Shown here: positions 33,063 through 38,674 of the stretch, piece after piece
Numbering within the stretch: position 1 is the stretch's first letter
How the letters are laid out: each line of letters starts with the position of its first letter
DNA from: Spirochaetaceae bacterium
GTDB taxonomy: Bacteria; Spirochaetota; Spirochaetia; Treponematales; Breznakiellaceae
DNA: 38,674 nt
Assembly (NCBI GenBank): GCA_031282435.1
Contig: JAITDS010000015.1
Coordinates: 1 to 38,674 of the forward strand
Reading direction: 5' to 3'
The notes under the pieces: model-generated
The model's database searches: none
Told to the model about the DNA's origin: nothing
Seen by the model: only the letters and a program-made list of their open reading frames with translations
Made by a program: the position numbers and the translations under genes

Positions 33063-33701
33063 ATGGTCAGAATTGCTGAGGTTGAAAGAAAAACTCTGGA
33101 AACGGAAATATTTGTCCGTTTGAATATTGACGGAACCGGGGAAGTAAAAATTGATTATCCTATTGGTTTTTTGCGGCACATGATAGAAACATTTGCGAAA
33201 CACGGACTTTTTGATATTGAAATTAAAGCTACCGGGGATCTTTACGTTGACCAGCATCATCTTATTGAGGATACAGGGATTGTTTTAGGGCAGACATTCT
33301 TGAAAGCTTTAAAAGACAAGAAAGGGATAAGGCGCTTAGGAAGTTGTATTTATCCAATGGATGAAACCTTGGTTCGCGCCGCCGTCGATCTTTCCGGAAG
33401 GCCGTTTCTCTGTTTTGAGGGTGAAATTTCCGGTATTCCCTTTGTTTCCACAGAATCCTGCGGCAGAATTGCGGCTTTTCAAACTGATACTGTTGTTGAT
33501 TTTTGGCAGGGTTTTACAGGGGCGGCCGCGTGTACTCTCCACATTGATATTCTGCGGGGGCGCAGCGACCACCATAAAATAGAGACGATTTTTAAGGCCT
33601 GCGCCCGCGCCATTCGGGATGCATGCGAAATTGACGCCAGGTCCTCAGATTCAATTCCTTCAACGAAAGGTGTTCTGCAAAATCCGGTTTATATTGCGTG
33701 A
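33063..33701 (+). CDS. hisB: Imidazoleglycerol-phosphate dehydratase
   Basis: RKTLETEI, GFLRHMIETFAKHG, DQHHLIEDTGI and SDHHKIETIFKA are present. Confidence 0.9.
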   Translation: MVRIAEVERKTLETEIFVRLNIDGTGEVKIDYPIGFLRHMIETFAKHGLFDIEIKATGDLYVDQHHLIEDTGIVLGQTFLKALKDKKGIRRLGSCIYPMDETLVRAAVDLSGRPFLCFEGEISGIPFVSTESCGRIAAFQTDTVVDFWQGFTGAAACTLHIDILRGRSDHHKIETIFKACARAIRDACEIDARSSDSIPSTKGVLQNPVYIA

Positions 33702-33785
33702 CGATAAGTCCGCTGTGTCCTAATTTTTGCTTCTAGACAGCGCGGCATCTTATATTTTTTATATGACTTTGTTATTATATAACGA

Positions 33786-34661
33786 ATGATGATTCCTTTT
33801 TTCCCTGATTTTACGCCTGTTTCGCTTGATATTAGAGAAACCTTGCATCCGGCGTTAATGAATGCTAAGGACGGCGTTTCAGAATTTACCTTTGCAAATC
33901 TTTACCTGTTCCGCCGTCGTTATAATTATAAAATTTCGCGGGAACAAGACGGTAATATTTTGATTTCCGGCGAACATGACGGTAAAAAATTTTTTACTAC
34001 GCCGTGCGCGGTTCCAAGCGAGTCTGTTTTACTGGCGCTATTTGCCGGACATGATTATTGGAAAGGTATTTCTGATTCCGTTTTAGAAAACAAATTTCCC
34101 TTGCTTGAAAAGCTGGGCATAATTATAAGCGAAGACCGTGATAATTTTGATTATTTATATAATACAAGTGATTTGGCTTTACTTTCCGGTAAAAAATTTC
34201 ATAAAAAACGTAATCTGGTTAATGCTTTTTTGCTTTCGTATCCTGATCATGAAGAAAAATCTCTGTCAACAGAGTATTTGCCGCAGGCTATTACAATTCT
34301 TGAGCGTTGGCGGCAGGACAAAGGCAGTGACGGCGATTATATAGCGGCGCGTGAAGCTCTTGAACTTTCATCAGAAATAAAACTAACAGGTATGATTTGT
34401 TTTGTAAATAAACATCCCGCAGGTTATTGTTTAGGTGAGTATGTAGCCGGAGGATCTATGTTTGCCCTTCATTTTGAAAAATGTATTGATGAATACAAAG
34501 GTATTTATCAAGCGGTAAACCAATTTTTTGCCGCTAGTCTGCCGCAGGAGTGCATTTACATCAATCGTGAGCAGGATCTAGGTGATGAGGGACTACGGCA
34601 GGCTAAAATGACATATCGTCCATGCGGTTTTGTAAAAAAATATACGGCGATTAAAATATAA
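33786..34661 (+). CDS. Stand-alone DUF2156 (MprF C-terminal, LPG_synthase_C-like) domain protein
   Basis: 291 aa. FDYLYNTSDLALLSGKKFHKKRNLVNAF and REQDLGDEGLRQAKMTYRP resemble the conserved blocks of the aminoacyl-phosphatidylglycerol synthase catalytic domain. No TM region is present. Confidence 0.55.
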   Translation: MMIPFFPDFTPVSLDIRETLHPALMNAKDGVSEFTFANLYLFRRRYNYKISREQDGNILISGEHDGKKFFTTPCAVPSESVLLALFAGHDYWKGISDSVLENKFPLLEKLGIIISEDRDNFDYLYNTSDLALLSGKKFHKKRNLVNAFLLSYPDHEEKSLSTEYLPQAITILERWRQDKGSDGDYIAAREALELSSEIKLTGMICFVNKHPAGYCLGEYVAGGSMFALHFEKCIDEYKGIYQAVNQFFAASLPQECIYINREQDLGDEGLRQAKMTYRPCGFVKKYTAIKI

Positions 34662-34822
34662 TTTAGTTGTTCAAAGTTTAAGAAAACAATAGGGCAGTTC
34701 AAAAATTGAAGTTTTTGAATGCCCCTATTGATTTTACCAAAATATTCATCTTTCACGGATTAATGCGGATTGAACGGACGTTTTCGTTGTAAGCGCAAGG
34801 CAGGGAAGCGGCTGGCCGCCCC

Positions 34823-35134
34823 ACTCCACTGGCGGGGGATAAAGTCAACGCGCCCGCGCATTAAGCGCGGGCAGCAGACTTCGGGAGACAACGCCCTTTG
34901 CTTGCTGAATGCGGGGCGGGAAACTCACTGGCGGGGGGATAAAGTCAACGCGCCCGCGCATTAAGCGCGGGCAGCAGACTTCGGGAGACAACGCCTTTTT
35001 CTTGCTGAATGCGGGGCAAGAAACCCACTGGTGGCGGCTAAAGTCAACGCGCCCGCGCATTAAGCGCGGGCAGCAGACTTCGGGAGATAACGCCTTTTTC
35101 TTGCTGAATGCGGGGCAGGAAACCCACTGGTGGG
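34823..35134 (+). repeat. Tandem array of three ~100-nt units plus a 13-nt partial unit
   Basis: Units occupy 34823-34922, 34923-35022 and 35023-35121 (periods 100, 100, 99). Each contains the hairpin GCCCGCGC-ATTAA-GCGCGGGC, then CAGCAGACTTCGGGAGACAACGCC and TTGCTGAATGCGGGGC. The array ends 35 nt before dapL. Confidence 0.9.
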
Positions 35135-35169
35135 TTGACGGGGGGGAGGGATGAAATTATCCTTCAAAT

Positions 35170-36402
35170 ATGGTTAAACGTAATATTAACATTGCGCGGC
35201 TGCGGGCCGGATACCTGTTCCCTGAGATTGCGCGACTGCGGCGGGAATTTGCCGAACTGCACCCTGACGCGAAAATTATCAGCATGGGCGTGGGGAACAC
35301 GACGGAACCCATAATGCCGCACATTGCCGAAGGCTTAATAGAAGGAGCGCGGCGGCTTAAATACGCGGAGACATATTCCGGTTACGCGGACGAAGGACTC
35401 GCCGAACTACGCGAGCGCATTTCCGGTGTGTACTATAAAAATATGTTTGGAATCAACGAGATATTCATCAGTGACGGCTCGAAATGCGACATAGGCCGCC
35501 TGCAAATAATGTTTGGTTCCGAAGTAAAAATCGCCGTGCAGGACCCGTCATACCCCGTATATGTTGACGGTTCAGTCATAGCGGGCGCGGCGGGACGGGA
35601 AAAGAGCGAATGTGAAACAGGAGACTGCGATACCAGCGCAGGTTACAGCGGTATAAAATACCTGCCCTGTACACCGGAAAACAAATATTTCCCGGACCTT
35701 TCAAAAATTGAAAACAACAGCATCATATATTTCTGCTCACCGAACAACCCTACGGGGGCGGTTGCCTCTAAACACCAGCTTGCCGCTCTAGTTGCGGCGG
35801 CGCTGAGAACCGGATCTATCATCGTGTACGATGCGGCATATTCCGAATACATAAGGGATGCCGCTTTGCCAAAGACAATCTACGAGATACCGGACGCGGA
35901 GAAATGCGCCATTGAGGTTAATTCATTTTCAAAATCGGCAGGCTTTACCGGCGTAAGACTTGGCTGGAGCGTTGTTCCCGCCGAGTTGCGCTTTGCCGAA
36001 GGAGAAAGCGTGAACTCGGACTGGTCCAGAGTAAGCGCGACCATATTTAACGGAGCCTCTAACATAGCGCAGTACGGCGGACTCGCCGCTCTGGATACCG
36101 AGGGGCAGAACGAGATACGGGAAATGACGGGCTTCTATTTGGAGAACGCGCGTTTGATACGGGAAGCTTTAAAGACCCTGAAAATAAACTGCATAGGCGG
36201 GGATAATTCACCATACATTTGGGCGCATTTTCCGGGCAGGGACAGTTGGGATGTTTTTGCCGAACTGTTGGAAAAATATCATATCGTAACCACACCCGGT
36301 TCCGGTTTTGGACCGGCAGGCGAATCGTTCATCCGTTTTTCCGCTTTTGGCCACCGCGCCGCAGTAAAAGAAGCGTGTATGCGGCTGATTTCACGAAAGT
36401 GA
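35170..36402 (+). CDS. dapL: LL-diaminopimelate aminotransferase
   Basis: 410 aa with LRAGYLFPEI, ISDGSKCDIGRLQ, VQDPSYPVYVDGSV, FCSPNNPTGA and NSFSKSAGFTGVRLGW. Confidence 0.85.
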   Translation: MVKRNINIARLRAGYLFPEIARLRREFAELHPDAKIISMGVGNTTEPIMPHIAEGLIEGARRLKYAETYSGYADEGLAELRERISGVYYKNMFGINEIFISDGSKCDIGRLQIMFGSEVKIAVQDPSYPVYVDGSVIAGAAGREKSECETGDCDTSAGYSGIKYLPCTPENKYFPDLSKIENNSIIYFCSPNNPTGAVASKHQLAALVAAALRTGSIIVYDAAYSEYIRDAALPKTIYEIPDAEKCAIEVNSFSKSAGFTGVRLGWSVVPAELRFAEGESVNSDWSRVSATIFNGASNIAQYGGLAALDTEGQNEIREMTGFYLENARLIREALKTLKINCIGGDNSPYIWAHFPGRDSWDVFAELLEKYHIVTTPGSGFGPAGESFIRFSAFGHRAAVKEACMRLISRK

Positions 36403-36741
36403 TTTTCCAGGCGGCAGGCGGGGGCGGCTTGCTTAAATACGATTGCGTAAATACGACGTTGTGGAAGTGATTGCGGCCGCGGGCGTGCGGCAGGACATCC
36501 AAAGAATGTCATCGGGGGGCGTTGCGGGGGGCGAAGCGCCCCCGCAGAGGGGGTAGACCGCAACGTTCCCCAGCTTCACTGGGGAGTGCGGGCGCAGGGG
36601 GAGACTTCCCCCCTCCCCATCCCTTTCCCTTATGTAAGATTTTCTGCCGGAAGCGCTATACGTTTACAGTTTGAGGGAAGCCGGAATTTTACCTAACATT
36701 TTCTTAATTTAGTAAAAACTAAAAAATGAGAGGGCGTGAAA

Positions 36742-38547
36742 ATGTCGCATAAATCCGAATACGACCAGCGGCGTGTTGATAAGGCTTTGAGTTTATGCTC
36801 CGGCGGACGCGGTAAAGAGATTGCCGCGATTGTGGACGGGATGGGGCTTGACGCTGACTGTATTATTGCCGCGCTGCTTTTTGATTCCCGCAAATTGGAT
36901 TCCCGCAAAGACGAAGACTTACAAAAAGATATAGCCGGTAATTTTGGCGAAGACGCGGCGGCGCTGGTTGTGGGCGCGGCAAAAGTGTCGAAACTTTCCG
37001 CAAAAGATAAATCCATGGCGGAAGCCGAAAAAATCAGAAAAATGCTGTTCGCCATGATCGAAGATATCCGCGTTATATTTATATGTCTTGCCGAGAAATT
37101 ACAAGATATGCGTACAATAACGGATTTTCCTGAAGAAGACCGCAAAGGAATAGCGCAGGAATGTATTGATATTTACGCGCCGCTTGCAAACCGTATCGGA
37201 ATTTCGTGGTTAAAGGACGAAATGGAAGACCTTTGCCTTAAACAGCTAAATCCGGACGCATACAGACAGATAAGCAGTATTGTGGCGCTTAAGCAAAATG
37301 AGCGTGAGAGTTTTCTTAATTTTGTAAAATCGCAGGTTTATAAAGAAACTCAGAAACGCGGGATAAAAGTTGATGTAACAAGCCGCGCAAAACATTTTTA
37401 TTCGATATATCAAAAGATGCGAAAGCGAAACAAAGAGGCGGGGGATTTGTACGATCTTTTTGGACTGCGGATACTCTGCGAAAGCGTTGAAAACTGCTAC
37501 ACACTGCTTGGCATGATACATACCTTGTGGAAGCCGATTGACGGACGTTTCAAAGATTATATCGCCATGCCTAAACCCAACGGCTATCAAAGTCTGCACA
37601 CAACGGTTTTGGCGTTTGACGAAAACGCGCAAAAAACGGCAGGAAACCTGCTCGAAATACAGATAAGAACCTTCGATATGCACCATACGGCGGAGTACGG
37701 CTATGCGTCTCACTGGTTGTATAAAATGGGGCCGGCGGGCGCGGCGGCGGACGCTAATGAAAAAAATATTCGACTGGTAAACAGGCTTAAAAATATAGCC
37801 GGCGGTTTTGATGATTCGGCATTGGAAGAAATTAAAAAAGAGTTTCTAAAAGATTCGATACTAGTATTTACGCCGCAGGGAAAAGTTGTGGAACTGCCGC
37901 AGGGGGCTACCGCAATAGATTTTGCTTACAGTATACATACCGCAATAGGCGAACATTGCCATGCGGCGAAGGCGGACGGGGTAATAATACCGCTTAGCAG
38001 GCCGTTGCGGAATACGCAGATTGTTGAGATTATTACATCGCAGAGCGCCCACCCGCACCCGAACTGGGAACGCATTGCCAGAACGTCGAAGGCGCGCGGG
38101 AAAATACGCGCATGGCTTGCGCTGAATGACGAGCAACGCGAAAAAACGCCGCCTGTAAAAAAGAAACATGAAGAACAGCGCGTCAAAGAAGCGAATCCCT
38201 CCGCGCCGGAAAAGCATATTTCTGAAAAAACTGTTTCCGAAAAATATATTACTGAAAAACCCGTTTCTGAAAAACATATTGCTGAAAAAAACGCGGCATA
38301 TCCCATATCCTCGCGTGTGCTTGTACAGAGCGAAAAAAATATGCTATTTCGTTTTGCTAAATGCTGCAATCCTAAACAGGGCGATGAAATTACCGGGTAT
38401 GTGTCGCGGGGGCGCGGCATAATTATTCACCGGAAAAACTGCCCGTCCCTTACCCATATCGCGGAATTTGAACAGCGCCGCATTGACGCGGAGTGGGAAG
38501 CGCGTAACAATGAACCACCTCGCGGCAAGCCGCGAGGTATCTTGTAG
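36742..38547 (+). CDS. RelA/SpoT homologue with a degenerate hydrolase domain and no ACT/RRM domain
   Basis: The synthetase domain (RAKHFYSIYQKM, GLRILCES, YQSLHTTV, EIQIRT..MH..AEYG.ASHWLYK), the TGS domain (ILVFTPQGKVVELPQGATAIDFAY) and a Cys-rich ZFD (CCNPKQGDEITGYVSRGRGIIIHRKNC) are all present. The HD motif is replaced by AALLFD. The last 14 codons and the stop lie in the 166-bp repeat. Confidence 0.8.
   Translation: MSHKSEYDQRRVDKALSLCSGGRGKEIAAIVDGMGLDADCIIAALLFDSRKLDSRKDEDLQKDIAGNFGEDAAALVVGAAKVSKLSAKDKSMAEAEKIRKMLFAMIEDIRVIFICLAEKLQDMRTITDFPEEDRKGIAQECIDIYAPLANRIGISWLKDEMEDLCLKQLNPDAYRQISSIVALKQNERESFLNFVKSQVYKETQKRGIKVDVTSRAKHFYSIYQKMRKRNKEAGDLYDLFGLRILCESVENCYTLLGMIHTLWKPIDGRFKDYIAMPKPNGYQSLHTTVLAFDENAQKTAGNLLEIQIRTFDMHHTAEYGYASHWLYKMGPAGAAADANEKNIRLVNRLKNIAGGFDDSALEEIKKEFLKDSILVFTPQGKVVELPQGATAIDFAYSIHTAIGEHCHAAKADGVIIPLSRPLRNTQIVEIITSQSAHPHPNWERIARTSKARGKIRAWLALNDEQREKTPPVKKKHEEQRVKEANPSAPEKHISEKTVSEKYITEKPVSEKHIAEKNAAYPISSRVLVQSEKNMLFRFAKCCNPKQGDEITGYVSRGRGIIIHRKNCPSLTHIAEFEQRRIDAEWEARNNEPPRGKPRGIL
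38209..38298 (+). repeat. Three in-frame 30-nt tandem repeats inside the rel homologue
   Basis: They encode EKHISEKTVS / EKYITEKPVS / EKHIAEKNAA. Confidence 0.8.
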
Positions 38548-38674
38548 GCGTTGATATTATTTACGTGGTTCGTTCTGTAAGGAAATTATTTAACTGTGGG
38601 GTCTAATACCATTTTTTATTTGGCGTTGCCAACTCGAACCGCCCTAAAGGGCGGAGTATTAGACCCCACTGCGA
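38509..38674 (+). repeat. 166-bp repeat, copy 2 (cut by the window end)
   Basis: See 8808-8973. It overlaps the 3' end of the rel ORF. Confidence 0.85.

Noticed and set aside
27480-34760. The low-GC island as a prophage or integrative element.
   Set aside because: There is no integrase, recombinase, phage or conjugation gene, no flanking tRNA, and no direct repeats at the two borders that I could find. I therefore report it only as a compositional island.
34770-35154. Coding potential or a CRISPR array in the 100-nt tandem repeat (track ORFs 34770..34964, 34909..35154 and 34845..35060).
   Set aside because: The period is 100/99 nt, so the frame changes from unit to unit. The units abut each other without spacers. 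The apparent ORFs are repeat translations.
36403-36735. The GC-rich hairpin-filled spacer between dapL and rel as another copy of the REP-like family.
   Set aside because: Only short similarities are present (GCGCCCCCGCAG-type hairpins). I could not align it to the conserved core, so I leave it unclassified.

Overview
This is a 38.7-kb chromosomal window from a diderm bacterium. The gene content suggests an anaerobe, possibly spirochaete-like: PPi-dependent phosphofructokinase, DapL-type lysine pathway, Na+-pumping oxaloacetate decarboxylase OadGAB, LolCDE, an [FeFe]-hydrogenase-like protein and a FadL/UPF0164-like outer-membrane protein. That taxonomy is inference only. All calls rest on reading the ORF translations and the DNA by eye; no database search was possible.

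I call 31 protein-coding genes, one of them partial at the left edge and one a pseudogene. I found no rRNA, tRNA or CRISPR array. Most genes are housekeeping: hisD, lolCDE-like, oadGAB plus a Cof phosphatase, atpG, rarA, asnS, purH, nudC, pfp, luxS-hisG-ogg-hisB, dapL and a RelA/SpoT homologue.

The unusual content is mostly non-coding:
- A 140-190 bp multi-hairpin REP-like element is present in 8 intergenic copies, with compensatory stem changes between copies.
- A ~110-bp MITE-like element is flanked by TA duplications. One copy interrupts a methyltransferase gene.
- A 166-bp repeat occurs twice. The second copy supplies the last codons and the stop of the Rel protein, which lacks an ACT domain.
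- Three tandem ~100-nt units lie upstream of dapL.
- Two 14-nt G/C homopolymer tracts are present, one next to a perfect 36-nt palindrome.
- A ~7.3-kb low-GC island (about 27.5-34.8 kb) carries hisG and hisB, while hisD elsewhere in the window has the bulk composition.

Protein-level oddities are an ALK/LTK-type glycine-rich-domain protein with no signal peptide, a solitary F1-ATPase gamma gene, RarA with a ~300-aa C-terminal extension, and a methyltransferase/aminotransferase/cytidylyltransferase cassette.

I did not find a recognisable defence, toxin or secretion system, and I cannot point to a convincing multi-gene novel system. The best leads are the structured repeat families and the island cassette.
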